Made by a program: the position numbers and the translations under genes. Positions 22,160 through 32,294 of a stretch of 64,000 nucleotides of DNA are shown here, in pieces. Location: the NCBI GenBank assembly GCA_053919585.1, contig JBSSHM010000097.1; one strand, written 5' to 3'. Under the pieces are notes generated by a model, which had not been told where the DNA came from, did not search any database, and saw only the letters and a list, made by a program, of their open reading frames with translations. Positions within the stretch are counted from its first letter, which is position 1; each line of letters starts with the position of its first letter. Source of the DNA: Euprymna scolopes. Taxonomy: Eukaryota.

Positions 22160-22579
22160 TTGAGTATGAGTGAGTTATTTATTGATATTGCAGGAGTTCA
22201 TTTTTCTGCGAAGTTTGAAGCGGAGAAGGCGCCGCAAACGTGTGCGGCATTTAGAGGGCATGTGCCATTTGAGAGTAAGGTGATTCATGTGCGTTGGAGT
22301 GGCGAGGGGATGTGGATACCGTTGGATAATATGAATTTTAATGTCGGGTGTGAGGATCCGGTGAGTTATCCAGCTCCGGGGCATGTTTTATTGCATCCCC
22401 ATGGGGTGAGTGAAACAGAAATTCTGATTGCTTATGGGCATGTGAACTTTTCTTCTAAAGCTGGGCAATTAGCCGGCACGCATTTTGCGACCATTACCTC
22501 AGACTTAGATAAGTTAAAAGAAGTGGGGGTATCAACATTATGGGAGGGGGCTAAGCCCATTTGTTTTTCCATCAAATAG
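22160..22579 (+). CDS. DUF3830-family protein
   Basis: APQTCAAF, IHVRWSGEGMWIP, SETEILIAYG, SKAGQLAGTHF. Confidence 0.85.
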   Translation: MSMSELFIDIAGVHFSAKFEAEKAPQTCAAFRGHVPFESKVIHVRWSGEGMWIPLDNMNFNVGCEDPVSYPAPGHVLLHPHGVSETEILIAYGHVNFSSKAGQLAGTHFATITSDLDKLKEVGVSTLWEGAKPICFSIK

Positions 22580-22605
22580 TGCGGATGCTTGAGTATTGAT
22601 TTTTC

Positions 22606-23832
22606 ATGCGATCGGATAAGAGAATAGTGATGGTGGGAGCGGGGCAGGCTGCTTCGCAATGTGCATTGGCTTTGCGTAATGAGGGGTGGCAGGGAGAAAT
22701 TTTACTGGTGGGAGATGAGGGGAGTTTGCCTTATCATCGCCCGCCTTTATCTAAGAGTTATTTATGTGGTGAGCTTGCTGAGGATAAATTGCTCATTCGC
22801 CCAGCCCAGTTTTATCAACAAGCGAATATTGATGTACGCCTCAATACTCTAATTCGTAGCATTGATAGGCAGAATAAATGTGTGGTAACCGAGCAGGGTG
22901 AAGCAATCGGATACGATAAACTTTGCCTAGCTACGGGTGTGCGAGCGAGGAAACTAAATGGAATAGTTGGTGGAGATACGGGTGATGATTTACAAGGTGT
23001 TTTTTATTTGCGAACGATGGAGGACATTGAGCGTATGAAACACTATATGCACACAGATATTAAACATGAGCAGGCGAATGTGGTGATTATTGGTGGTGGT
23101 TACATTGGTTTGGAAGTGGCAGCGGCTTTGGTGCAGAAGAATCATCGGGTGAGTGTTTTGGAGGCTGAGGAACGAGTGTTAAAGCGTGTAACTTCGCCAG
23201 TTATTTCACAGTTTTTTTCTGCCTTACATGGGGAACATGGGGTGAGTATACGTACGCATGTTGAGATAAAAAATTTATGGGCTGAAAATGGAGTGGTAAA
23301 GGGGGTAAAATTAGTAGGAGGCAGTGTTCTTGATGCAGATATTGTGTTGGTCGGTATCGGTGTTGAAGTGAATGATCAGTTGGCTAAACAAGCAGGTTTG
23401 AAAACGAAACAAGGTATTGAGGTTAATGCGTATTGTCAAACCAGCGATGCCGATATTTTTGCGGTGGGAGATTGTACGTGGCATGTTAATCCCATTTATC
23501 AAAAATGGTTGCGAGTAGAGTCTGTGCAAAATGCCAATGATCAAGCAAAAATTGCTGCTAAGAACATGGCTGGTGAGCTATGCACCGAGCAGTATAGTAG
23601 CTTGCCTTGGTTTTGGTCTGACCAGTATGATGTTAAGCTACAAATTGCCGGTTTATCATCAGGTTATGATGATTGTAGAATTGATGGTGAGATAGCGGAT
23701 AAAAAATTTAGTGTATCTTATTATCGAGAAGGTTGTTTAATTTCAGTGGATACAGTGAATCAACCGAGAGTGTTTATGCAAGCAAAAAAACAGATAGTGG
23801 ATTCTTTACGATTGTTTGATGAGCGTTATTGA
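22606..23832 (+). CDS. FAD-dependent ferredoxin reductase (putidaredoxin-reductase-like)
   Basis: GAGQAA, PYHRPPLSK, GGGYIGLE, PWFWSDQYD. Confidence 0.93.
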   Translation: MRSDKRIVMVGAGQAASQCALALRNEGWQGEILLVGDEGSLPYHRPPLSKSYLCGELAEDKLLIRPAQFYQQANIDVRLNTLIRSIDRQNKCVVTEQGEAIGYDKLCLATGVRARKLNGIVGGDTGDDLQGVFYLRTMEDIERMKHYMHTDIKHEQANVVIIGGGYIGLEVAAALVQKNHRVSVLEAEERVLKRVTSPVISQFFSALHGEHGVSIRTHVEIKNLWAENGVVKGVKLVGGSVLDADIVLVGIGVEVNDQLAKQAGLKTKQGIEVNAYCQTSDADIFAVGDCTWHVNPIYQKWLRVESVQNANDQAKIAAKNMAGELCTEQYSSLPWFWSDQYDVKLQIAGLSSGYDDCRIDGEIADKKFSVSYYREGCLISVDTVNQPRVFMQAKKQIVDSLRLFDERY

Positions 23833-24535
23833 GAATTATTGTCAACTTGACAAGTTATTAAGAAAATTATGTGAAACACATAATTGCCATCCCCTCCCCC
23901 TTATATTACCTGTTTCTAAACGTAAGCCAGCTTCTGATATTCGCCAGTTATATGATAGTGGCGTACGTGATTTTGCTGAAAATTACTTGCAAGAGGCACA
24001 GCAAAAAAATGATGAGCTGAGCGATTTTGCGGATATTCGCTGGCATTATATTGGCAAAATTCAATCAAAAAAATGTAAGCATCTGGCTAAGCAAATGTCG
24101 TGGGTTCATACGATTGATGATGTGAAGCAGGCTATGTTGCTAGACCAGTATTGTTTGCATGAAAATAGGGAAAAATTGTTAAATGTTTGTATTCAAGTGA
24201 ATGTGCATCAAGAAGAACAGAAGAATGGTATTGCACCGAGTGATGTCCCTTCTTTTGCCCAACAACTTGTTGCATTCCCCAATCTATGTTTGCGCGGTTT
24301 AATGTTGATTGGCAAGTTTGGTTTGAGTGTTGAGCAACAAGTTGAAGCATTTACCCAAATGAAAAAATTATTTACTATGTGTAAAAAACGCCTGAATGCG
24401 ATTACAGGGAATGAACATGTTGTGGATTCTTTTGATACGTTATCAATGGGAATGAGCGGTGATTGGCAAACAGCGGTGGAAAATGGCTCAACGATTATTC
24501 GTATTGGCACGACTATTTTTGGAGAAAGAAAATAA
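23816..24535 (+). CDS. yggS: PLP homeostasis protein
   Basis: VSK, FAENYLQEA, WHYIGKIQS, LSMGMSGD, RIGTTIFG. Confidence 0.95.
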   Translation: MMSVIENYCQLDKLLRKLCETHNCHPLPLILPVSKRKPASDIRQLYDSGVRDFAENYLQEAQQKNDELSDFADIRWHYIGKIQSKKCKHLAKQMSWVHTIDDVKQAMLLDQYCLHENREKLLNVCIQVNVHQEEQKNGIAPSDVPSFAQQLVAFPNLCLRGLMLIGKFGLSVEQQVEAFTQMKKLFTMCKKRLNAITGNEHVVDSFDTLSMGMSGDWQTAVENGSTIIRIGTTIFGERK

Positions 24536-24561
24536 TGTTTGAGAAGAGAAAAGGATATTAC

Positions 24562-27396
24562 ATGAAAAAATCAAAGTTTCTGTGTATCACATTAATTGCT
24601 TTGTTACTTACAGCTTGCGGAAATGTTGATCCGGTTACTTTTACAGCTGAATCCTCTACTAATACGACTAGTGTAACAGGGGGTGGTACGGGTACTGGTG
24701 GAGGTGGTACAGGTACTGGTAGTGCATCTTTACAAATTACCTCAGGGGCTACGCATGATGTGTTAGAAGGTAGTGCAATTGGAACAAAGGTGTTTATTGC
24801 ATCAGCTAATAATATTTCAGGACGTGTTTATACGTATTCATTAACCCCTGCGGAATATTTTGCAATAGATACAGTAGGGAATGTATTGGTTGCCAAAGTT
24901 TCAGATTATGAGAAAGCTGTAGAGCATAAAGCAACACTATCAATTAGTAATGGTCAGTCAAGTGTGAGCCAACAACTCACATTTAGGGTGGTGAATGAGA
25001 ATGATACGGTTCCAACTATATCCAGTGCTAGCTCTATTTCAGTGAGTCAAACTGCTCAAGTTGGTGATGTGGTGTTAACGATTTTGGCAGATGGTGGTGA
25101 TGGCAGTAAGGATGGAACTTTGACCTATTTCTTAAGCCAAAGCACGGCTTTCTCATTGAATGGTAATAAGATTGTTGTAGCGAATTCAAATTTTTCCCAA
25201 ACTTCAAATCATAATCTAACTCTCGCCGTGAGCGATGGGAAATATCAAACCTCACAGTTAATCACTATCACAGTTTCAAGTAGTAAATCTATGCAACTTA
25301 AACAACCTTTACTAGATAAAAATTTCACCATTCGTCAAGGTGTTAAGTATGTGGGGCAATGGGTGTTGCCTACGGGCTATAGCACAAATTTTTATCCAAA
25401 AATTACTTCTTCTTTGCCTATGGATGCTTCGTTTCAGGTAACTAACCAAAGTATTCAAGAATTTTCTATGCTTTATAAAGGTGGGTTGAGTTCGTTTAGT
25501 TTAGACTATGTTTTAGTGGATGGTTCAGGACAGCAGAGTAAAGATTCTGCTAAGTTTACTTTTACTGTGGAGCAGTATGATCCCTTGCGTAAGCATCAGT
25601 GGTATTTGCAGAATACGGGGCAAAAAGCTTTTGCATCACTGTCTGGCACAGCTGGTGAAGATATTCGGGTTAGCCCTGTGCATGAGCAGAATATTTTAGG
25701 TTCAGGTGTGAAAGTGGCCATTGTTGATGAAGGATTAGAGATTACTCATGAGGATTTAAAAGATAATGTGGTGGTGGGAAAATCCTATGATTTTATTGAT
25801 AATGATACGAATCCTCAGCCAAGAGGAACAACTGGCGATCATGGAACATCTGTGGCAGGTATTACGGCAATGCGAGGCTGGAATAATAAAGGAGGGGTAG
25901 GGGTTGCCCCGGAATCAAGCATTGTCGGTTATAACTATTTAGCTCCTTCTTTAAAGGAAGGAAAGTTTCTCTTTACTTCCATGGGTTATGCTCATTTAGT
26001 TCAAATTAATACTCCTTCAAGAGAGAATCAAGTGTTTAATTTGAGCTTGGGTGAGGCACCGCAGACTATATATTCCGTGTATGGGGCGAGGGATGGATCA
26101 AGTTTATGGGTGGATACGGCACGTTGTGGGACAACGGGTAATTCCTTTCGCTTTGGTTCAACAGAGGGCTTTATTAATAAATCCAACTGTGTCCCTCTCA
26201 ATGCAGGTAAGGGAGCGGTGTATGTGAAATCAGCTGGGAATTATTACAGTGATAGTGCTTGTAAAAATCAGCCTAGTGAGTTAAGTTGTGATGTGGTAAA
26301 TGGGGCAGAAATTAGCGAAGGAAATCCTCATATGCTAGTGATTTCCTCTCTGAATGCAAGAGGAAAGCGAGCCTCCTATGCTTCGGTTGGTCCAGCTGTG
26401 TGGGTAAGTGCTCCAGGTGGTGAAGCAGGATATTCTAACAGTGTTTATGATACGATTAATAGCCGTTTTGGTTTGAATTATGTTTGGTCATCAGATGTAG
26501 TGAAAAGACCCTCTATGGTTACTACGGATGAGTCTGGTTGTAATAAAGGTTATTCAACGGAACGTCATAAACTTACTCATAATGGTACTAGTTATTTCCT
26601 CCCTTATACGCCTTTTCATGGCACATTAGTTTTTGCAAGTAATGGTAGTACTTCTATTGTTCCCAATGCAGAAAATAGTAACTGTAATTATGTTTCAGAT
26701 TTTATCGGTTCCTCCGCGGCAGCACCGGTTGTTTCTGGTGTGGCAGCGTTGTTATTATCTGTCAATAAAGATCTCACGTGGCGAGATGTACGCTATATTC
26801 TCGCAAAAACTGCTAGACAAACGGATAAGCAGGTGAGTGCTTACAGTAAACAAGTTTCAGATGGTTCACAATTATTGCGTGCGACGTGGCAAACCAATCA
26901 AGCAAATTTCCCCTTTCATCATTGGTACGGATTTGGTGTAGTGAATGCAGAGGCTGCGGTAACGATGGCAAAAAGCTATACTCATTTTCTTACCAATGAT
27001 AAATTGATACAAGGTGAATGGATTGATGGAACGTTTCCAAGTAATAATGCCATTGCGGATAATAGCGTTAAAGGAGTGGAGGGAACGGTGAATGTTCCAG
27101 CACAAAATATGCAGTGGATTGAAGGGGTGCAAATTCGCTTATCTGTTACCCATCCATATATTTCAGACATATCTGCTAAATTGATTTCCCCTAGTGGTAC
27201 AGAAAGTATTGTTGTGCGTGCCTTTAATTCATTTGGGGATAACGATAATTATAAGGATACGTTATTCTACACTAATAAATTTTATCGAGAAACGGCGATT
27301 GATGGGCAGTGGAAATTAGTGATTACTGATAGTCGTTCAGGTAATGTCGGTACGGCAACTGATTGGAAAATACGATTTTATGGTGAGAAGAAATAA
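24562..27396 (+). CDS. Lipoprotein S8 kexin/ASP-like serine protease with cadherin-like repeats and P-domain
   Basis: AAGGA before ATG 24562; lipobox LTAC; DYE and VVNEND cadherin-type motifs; VDEG, DHGT, SAGN, GSSAAAP; LTWRDV; C-terminal P-domain (LISPSGT...GQWKL). Confidence 0.9.
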   Translation: MKKSKFLCITLIALLLTACGNVDPVTFTAESSTNTTSVTGGGTGTGGGGTGTGSASLQITSGATHDVLEGSAIGTKVFIASANNISGRVYTYSLTPAEYFAIDTVGNVLVAKVSDYEKAVEHKATLSISNGQSSVSQQLTFRVVNENDTVPTISSASSISVSQTAQVGDVVLTILADGGDGSKDGTLTYFLSQSTAFSLNGNKIVVANSNFSQTSNHNLTLAVSDGKYQTSQLITITVSSSKSMQLKQPLLDKNFTIRQGVKYVGQWVLPTGYSTNFYPKITSSLPMDASFQVTNQSIQEFSMLYKGGLSSFSLDYVLVDGSGQQSKDSAKFTFTVEQYDPLRKHQWYLQNTGQKAFASLSGTAGEDIRVSPVHEQNILGSGVKVAIVDEGLEITHEDLKDNVVVGKSYDFIDNDTNPQPRGTTGDHGTSVAGITAMRGWNNKGGVGVAPESSIVGYNYLAPSLKEGKFLFTSMGYAHLVQINTPSRENQVFNLSLGEAPQTIYSVYGARDGSSLWVDTARCGTTGNSFRFGSTEGFINKSNCVPLNAGKGAVYVKSAGNYYSDSACKNQPSELSCDVVNGAEISEGNPHMLVISSLNARGKRASYASVGPAVWVSAPGGEAGYSNSVYDTINSRFGLNYVWSSDVVKRPSMVTTDESGCNKGYSTERHKLTHNGTSYFLPYTPFHGTLVFASNGSTSIVPNAENSNCNYVSDFIGSSAAAPVVSGVAALLLSVNKDLTWRDVRYILAKTARQTDKQVSAYSKQVSDGSQLLRATWQTNQANFPFHHWYGFGVVNAEAAVTMAKSYTHFLTNDKLIQGEWIDGTFPSNNAIADNSVKGVEGTVNVPAQNMQWIEGVQIRLSVTHPYISDISAKLISPSGTESIVVRAFNSFGDNDNYKDTLFYTNKFYRETAIDGQWKLVITDSRSGNVGTATDWKIRFYGEKK

Positions 27397-27431
27397 TGCG
27401 TAACTTTACCTATATAAACAAAGGAATAAAC

Positions 27432-28001
27432 ATGAACATATTACACTGTATCAGTTGGAAATCTTTCGCTTTTTTTATTGTTGTCTTTCAGTTTTCTTCA
27501 TTGGCATTAGCTAATGAATGGGCAACTGGAGAAACGTATCAGTCGGGAAGTGAAAGATATCAATTTGCTCCAGCATTAAAAGCTATGCCTAAAAATCAGG
27601 TGCTTAGATTAAAAAATATTGTTAGGGAGAAGGGGAATGTGGCAATTGTTCATGATCCTAAGATGCCAAAAAGTAACGTAGGGGTGTCGACTGAGAAATC
27701 TGTTTCAGCCCAACAGTCAGATTGTGGGAATTGCCAAGTTTTGTGGAATGAGAGAAGAAAAAAATATGCCGTATTACTTCCTACAGTGGCAATTCGTCCT
27801 AAAAATAATCAGGAGCAGGCAGTTATTCAGAAACTTGATGCGATGCCTTTAATTACCTATCGTATCCTCCCTATTTATATTGAGGTAATGGTGTCGGATA
27901 TGCAGAATTGGTCAACGGTCATGAAAGAACTCAATCAATTACAATCTTTAACAGATTTTATTCAACCAGAAATTATAGAAAATACGGTACTTCCTGAGTA
28001 A
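27432..28001 (+). CDS. Secreted protein, candidate external chaperone of the upstream protease
   Basis: AAGGA RBS, signal peptide ending ALA, directly after the protease; alternative start at 27396. Confidence 0.55.
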   Translation: MNILHCISWKSFAFFIVVFQFSSLALANEWATGETYQSGSERYQFAPALKAMPKNQVLRLKNIVREKGNVAIVHDPKMPKSNVGVSTEKSVSAQQSDCGNCQVLWNERRKKYAVLLPTVAIRPKNNQEQAVIQKLDAMPLITYRILPIYIEVMVSDMQNWSTVMKELNQLQSLTDFIQPEIIENTVLPE

Positions 28002-28018
28002 GGAACTTTTTTATTCAT

Positions 28019-29599
28019 TTAAGGAAAGACCATGCGGAAACCCAAATCGGGATTATGATAGTTTGGTGAGACGGCAGCAGATTGCGTGACTTGAGTGGCT
28101 TCTTTCGGGAGCGTGAAACTGCCACCTTTAATGATTACATGAAAGCGATTGCCGTAGTGTGAGACGGAAGATGTCCATTCTGCAACATTACCACTTAATC
28201 CCAATACCCCATGTAAAGAATCATCATCAGATAAGTCTGCATTGCGAGCATGGTTGTCACTACCTGGGTGATTTCTATCAATGCTGCGACCAATCTCATA
28301 TTCATTTCCCCATGGGTGCAGAGTTGAGCGAGCTCCAGCAATTTTTTTCCATTCTTGATCCGTTGGTAGGCGTCCGCCTGCCCAATTGCTAAAAGCCCAT
28401 GCACTCCACCAAGTGATGTCGGTGATAGGCTTTTTAGGGGTTTTCTGTTGTTGTTGCCAATTTTTTGGGCGATGTGTAATTTCTGATGGATGTTTGGGAT
28501 GATCAAAGAAGTGCAGTTTGGTGAGTGGGTCTTGTAAGAAAGCTTGATATTGCTTAACACTGATTTCAGTTCTGCTAATACGAATCTCTAGGGGTATTTG
28601 TTTGATGGGTAATGATGAAAGGCTTGGGTACTGTTCAGGGGTTAAGTATTGTAGCATTTTAACAATAATTGAGGAGGGAGGAGTGCCAATAGGATAGAAT
28701 CCTGATGGGATAGATTGTAGTTTGGTAGTTGATTTCCAAGGGGTTTGGCGTGCGATATTGGGTAAATTAGCGGGTCTTGGATAGACACAACGAAATCCAG
28801 AGTATTGTGAGCGATAATCAAAAGGCGCTGGTCTTTGGATAAGATTTAAGGCGTGTATATTAAGTGGGCGATTGTAAGCATTTCCTCCCATGAGTACGGC
28901 TTTGCCATTTTTTTTTGTTGCCCATTCTAATAAGTTATTGCCTAAGTCTTGTACGTGTGTTTCAGTAGTAGGTAATTTTGCTTTGCCACAAGCTTGCACA
29001 TTCAGTGTTGGATCTCTAAATGGCATGGCTCTGCGAATAATTTTTTTATCTGTATGATTGCCCCATGGGTAAATATTTCCTTTTTTTCCATTGGCTATCG
29101 CTTCAAATTCATAGTCATAGGGGAGTCTGCCACCTGCTGCTTGGCAATAGCTATGTGCTTCAAAATAACTTACCCCACTGACTGGCATGTTTAAGCGTCC
29201 CAGGAGTTTGTGTCCGGCTGTTTTACTTTGATATATCCAATTATCAGGCTGGGAAGGATGAGCGATATTGGGTCGATTTTCTTGGGTAGCGAGCCACTGG
29301 CGAAACTTTCCAAAATCTTTTTGCGTGACTTCGCATTCATCTATCCATAGAGCAGGCAGTTTGGTAAGTGAGGATGGGCGAGTAAAAAACTGGACTAATT
29401 TAGGCTTATTTTGTAAATGTTGAAGACTGCTTTGTAAAACTTTATCTAGTGGACTGAGGTCGGTTTGTTCTTGGATGTTAATGTCTACCGTATCAATATG
29501 AATATTGGCAATAAAAAACCATCGCCATGTCATAAAAGCAATGATACTTAGGCAGAATAAGATTAGTACAAGGGTGGTTGTATTACGTAGCTTTAACAA
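28019..29599 (-). CDS. Membrane-anchored protein with two FGE/SUMF1-like domains
   Basis: Two sets of PV..VS/IT W/Y..A, GGRLP, PWGN, GN..EW and GFR motifs; N-terminal TM. Confidence 0.88.
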   Translation of the reverse strand: MLKLRNTTTLVLILFCLSIIAFMTWRWFFIANIHIDTVDINIQEQTDLSPLDKVLQSSLQHLQNKPKLVQFFTRPSSLTKLPALWIDECEVTQKDFGKFRQWLATQENRPNIAHPSQPDNWIYQSKTAGHKLLGRLNMPVSGVSYFEAHSYCQAAGGRLPYDYEFEAIANGKKGNIYPWGNHTDKKIIRRAMPFRDPTLNVQACGKAKLPTTETHVQDLGNNLLEWATKKNGKAVLMGGNAYNRPLNIHALNLIQRPAPFDYRSQYSGFRCVYPRPANLPNIARQTPWKSTTKLQSIPSGFYPIGTPPSSIIVKMLQYLTPEQYPSLSSLPIKQIPLEIRISRTEISVKQYQAFLQDPLTKLHFFDHPKHPSEITHRPKNWQQQQKTPKKPITDITWWSAWAFSNWAGGRLPTDQEWKKIAGARSTLHPWGNEYEIGRSIDRNHPGSDNHARNADLSDDDSLHGVLGLSGNVAEWTSSVSHYGNRFHVIIKGGSFTLPKEATQVTQSAAVSPNYHNPDLGFRMVFP

Positions 29600-30281
29600 A
29601 GGCTTTGCTCAGATTTAGGAGGTAGGGTGGTATGAAGTCCATCAATGTGTTCTTGTAAATCTGGTTTGATAGTTGAACGCATGGGATCTAAAATAAATTC
29701 TATACCCTCTCTACGAGCTAATTTCGCAACAGGAACAAAGTCACTATCTCCGGAAATCAGTATAATTTTATTGACTAATTTTTTGTATGTCATGGAGGCA
29801 ATATCAAGACCAATTTTCATGTCCACACTTTTTTGTTGAGCATAATATACGACATCAGATTCTGTGAGAGAAGATGTGTGTAATTTTCCAGCAATAAATT
29901 TTTTTCTTTATGAGGGTCTTTGATTTTCCAACGAGCATGTCTTTCATCAAGAGATCCTAACCTTAATGCTACATTTCTTGTTTTTCTTAATTGATTGTGA
30001 AAATTCAGGCGAAATATAGCGGTTTTTGATTGGCTAAAATCAATGAGATTATTGCTGATAGGATGATGTATTTTTTTTTGTATAGGTGGGCAATCGTAGA
30101 AAAATATTCGGTAGAGTCTTTCATCCTCCCCTTTATTTTGTTGATGTTGTTTGCTTTGAATATGCTTTAAGCAATGATCCGTTAAGTTTCTAGCAACTAG
30201 CTCTGGGTTGGTTTGCTGAAAAAATCTACGATGTTTCTTTAAATAGAAATCCCCATCAACTAGAATAGCTACATTTCGCAT
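29593..30281 (-). CDS. NYN-domain (PIN-like, LabA/DUF88) ribonuclease, frameshift at the T7 run 29899-29905
   Basis: AILVDGDF, RIFFYDCPP, QKSVDMKIGLDIAS, SGDSDFVP; adding one A joins the two ORFs. Confidence 0.9.
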
Positions 30282-30301
30282 CGTACATTGTTATTTTGGA
30301 T

Positions 30302-30374
30302 AAAAAAAATCCAAAGGATCGGCGAAACACCTATTTATTAATATGTGATTAGCTTACTGCTTTGGATTGTGTAT
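30302..30374 (-). ncRNA. Candidate structured leader or small RNA upstream of the NYN gene
   Basis: 9-bp closing stem AATCCAAAG/CTTTGGATT (30368-30360 with 30316-30308), inner CAC-A-TATT/AATA-G-GTG helix, followed by a U-tract. Confidence 0.55.
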
Positions 30375-30380
30375 AAGATT

Positions 30381-30410
30381 ATTTTACAATAAATGATTAT
30401 TGTTTGTAAA
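30381..30410 (-). promoter_or_regulatory. Sigma70-like promoter for the leader RNA and NYN gene
   Basis: TTTACA-N18-TAAAAT. Confidence 0.5.
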
Positions 30411-30413
30411 TAA

Positions 30414-32285
30414 TCAAGAGGTGTTTTTTTGTGATGTGAAATTTTCTATGCTATGCTTAGGTGATGATTTCTTGCGAAGCATCAGAGAGAGACTTAGCCC
30501 TGCAATAATCAGTAAAAAGAGTAGAATGCCAATGCTGGTATAGAGGATGGTGGCAATGTTTTTGGCTTGATGATTCTCTTGTAATTTAGGTTCGGGGATG
30601 AGTGTTTTGTTCACTTGTGTGCCAAGGGTTTGGGCATCAAGTAGGAGTTTATTATTTGAAAATGCGGCATTGACAAAGCCGATGGAGGCATCTTCTAACC
30701 AAGGGTCAACGATGATGATTGGACGCCATTGCATAGCAGGATAGTTGGTTTCATTAGGGTGAACAATAAGTAGATGACCGGGAGGAAAGTCAAGCCGTTG
30801 TCCTTTGTATAGTCCCGGGAAGGAGCGTAGGACTAGGCTTATTTGAGCATTGTTTGTGCTAATGTTTTCGCTCCATAGGGAATCGCTTTGGTTAATGAGT
30901 AAGGTACTGGTAACATTTACGTGATTGGCACTGAGCTGGAGTTTGTTAGGGGCCTCAGTAAAAATTTTTGTGATTGGTGCAGGTTGGGTGGGTTTATTAA
31001 TAAAATATCTTTTGAGTTCGTTATCTAAACTGGTGATGAGTTTATTGTTGGGATGGTGGTTAATCATCTCTGGATTTCTGGCATAGCGATTTAGGATTTC
31101 TTTTATGCCCTTTATAAAGGTGGTTTTCTGTGCTCGAGCAAGCTGTAGCTGATCAAGAAAGAAGGCGAGTAATACTCGATTATAGTCTTGTTCATCAAGG
31201 GTAATTTGATGAGGAGGTTGTTGAGAGCCTTGTTTGGGTTGTCCATGATCTTTGGAATTGGGGACATGCATTTTTAGAGAGCGTCTGCCCTGTTGTCCGG
31301 ATTGCCCTTGATTTTGTTGTCCGTTGGGTTGATTGGATTGTCCAGAATTGGATTGTTGTGAGTTGCTGTTTTTATCTCCTAGTAAGTCAATGAGGGATTC
31401 AAACATGGAATCAAGGCTTCTTTGGTTATTACCTTGTTTTCCTTGTGAGTTTTGTTGATTAGCTGGTGAGGAATTATTTGTTTGTTCGCCTTGTTTCCCG
31501 TCTTCACTGTTTCCGGAATTCTCACTAGGCGGTAGGAGGCTATCATGTTGGAGTTCTTGTAAGGTTTGTAAATCAGCAAGTTGCGTATTATCCAATGATG
31601 AAGAGCCATTTTGTTGCGATTGTTCGTTACCATCTTGAGCATTTGCAGAATCATTATCAGAAAATTTATCTCCTTCACCAAGTTGTTCTTGTTCTTTGCC
31701 AGCGGCACCATGCTTACCATCAGCTAAAGCTTGTTCTGGAGAAATTAGTGGTTTAACATCTTCGCCAAGGTAGTGCCAGTGTCGAGGAGAGATGTCGTGT
31801 TCTTTTAATATACCAATGGCAAGATAATAGAGACTAACATCGTAAACATCAATACGTATGTTTAATTTTTCTTGAGGGTTGAAGGTTTTAATAAGTTGAT
31901 CAAAAGGGTTATTGGGTTTGAGCAGTTCTTTACGATAAAAACGCAGCCCCGTGTTGTATTCACGGATGTAGTTTTGTCTGAGTTCAACAATGGGGTAGAG
32001 AGAGGGGTCGCAGTCATGTGGGATGGCACAACTATTGTAGTCATGCAGGAGTGCTGGTGGACTGGAGGGGAGATCATTGTATACGACAGTTGTGGCGATT
32101 TGACGGGCAAGTATTGTAGTAATATCGGCATTTTTCTCTAGTTCAAGATCAGCTTTTTCTTGTTGGACAGATAAGGTAACAACAATTAAAATGAGAATGA
32201 CGGCAACGCTGTTGGCAAGAATATCTGCTAAGGCAACTCCACCTTGTCCCCATAGCGATATTTTTTTATTTCTCAGCTGACTCAT
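30414..32285 (-). CDS. Uncharacterised protein with MotB/ExbD-like N-terminal TM (ALADIL), Q/N/S/G-rich linker and C-terminal TM
   Basis: Asp in the N-terminal TM; low-complexity centre; hydrophobic tail followed by RKK. Confidence 0.7.
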   Translation of the reverse strand: MSQLRNKKISLWGQGGVALADILANSVAVILILIVVTLSVQQEKADLELEKNADITTILARQIATTVVYNDLPSSPPALLHDYNSCAIPHDCDPSLYPIVELRQNYIREYNTGLRFYRKELLKPNNPFDQLIKTFNPQEKLNIRIDVYDVSLYYLAIGILKEHDISPRHWHYLGEDVKPLISPEQALADGKHGAAGKEQEQLGEGDKFSDNDSANAQDGNEQSQQNGSSSLDNTQLADLQTLQELQHDSLLPPSENSGNSEDGKQGEQTNNSSPANQQNSQGKQGNNQRSLDSMFESLIDLLGDKNSNSQQSNSGQSNQPNGQQNQGQSGQQGRRSLKMHVPNSKDHGQPKQGSQQPPHQITLDEQDYNRVLLAFFLDQLQLARAQKTTFIKGIKEILNRYARNPEMINHHPNNKLITSLDNELKRYFINKPTQPAPITKIFTEAPNKLQLSANHVNVTSTLLINQSDSLWSENISTNNAQISLVLRSFPGLYKGQRLDFPPGHLLIVHPNETNYPAMQWRPIIIVDPWLEDASIGFVNAAFSNNKLLLDAQTLGTQVNKTLIPEPKLQENHQAKNIATILYTSIGILLFLLIIAGLSLSLMLRKKSSPKHSIENFTSQKNTS

Positions 32286-32294
32286 GGGTAATAA

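Noticed and set aside
28019-29599. Diversity-generating retroelement target (FGE/C-type lectin fold)
   Set aside because: No reverse transcriptase and no template repeat of the 3' end seen in the window.
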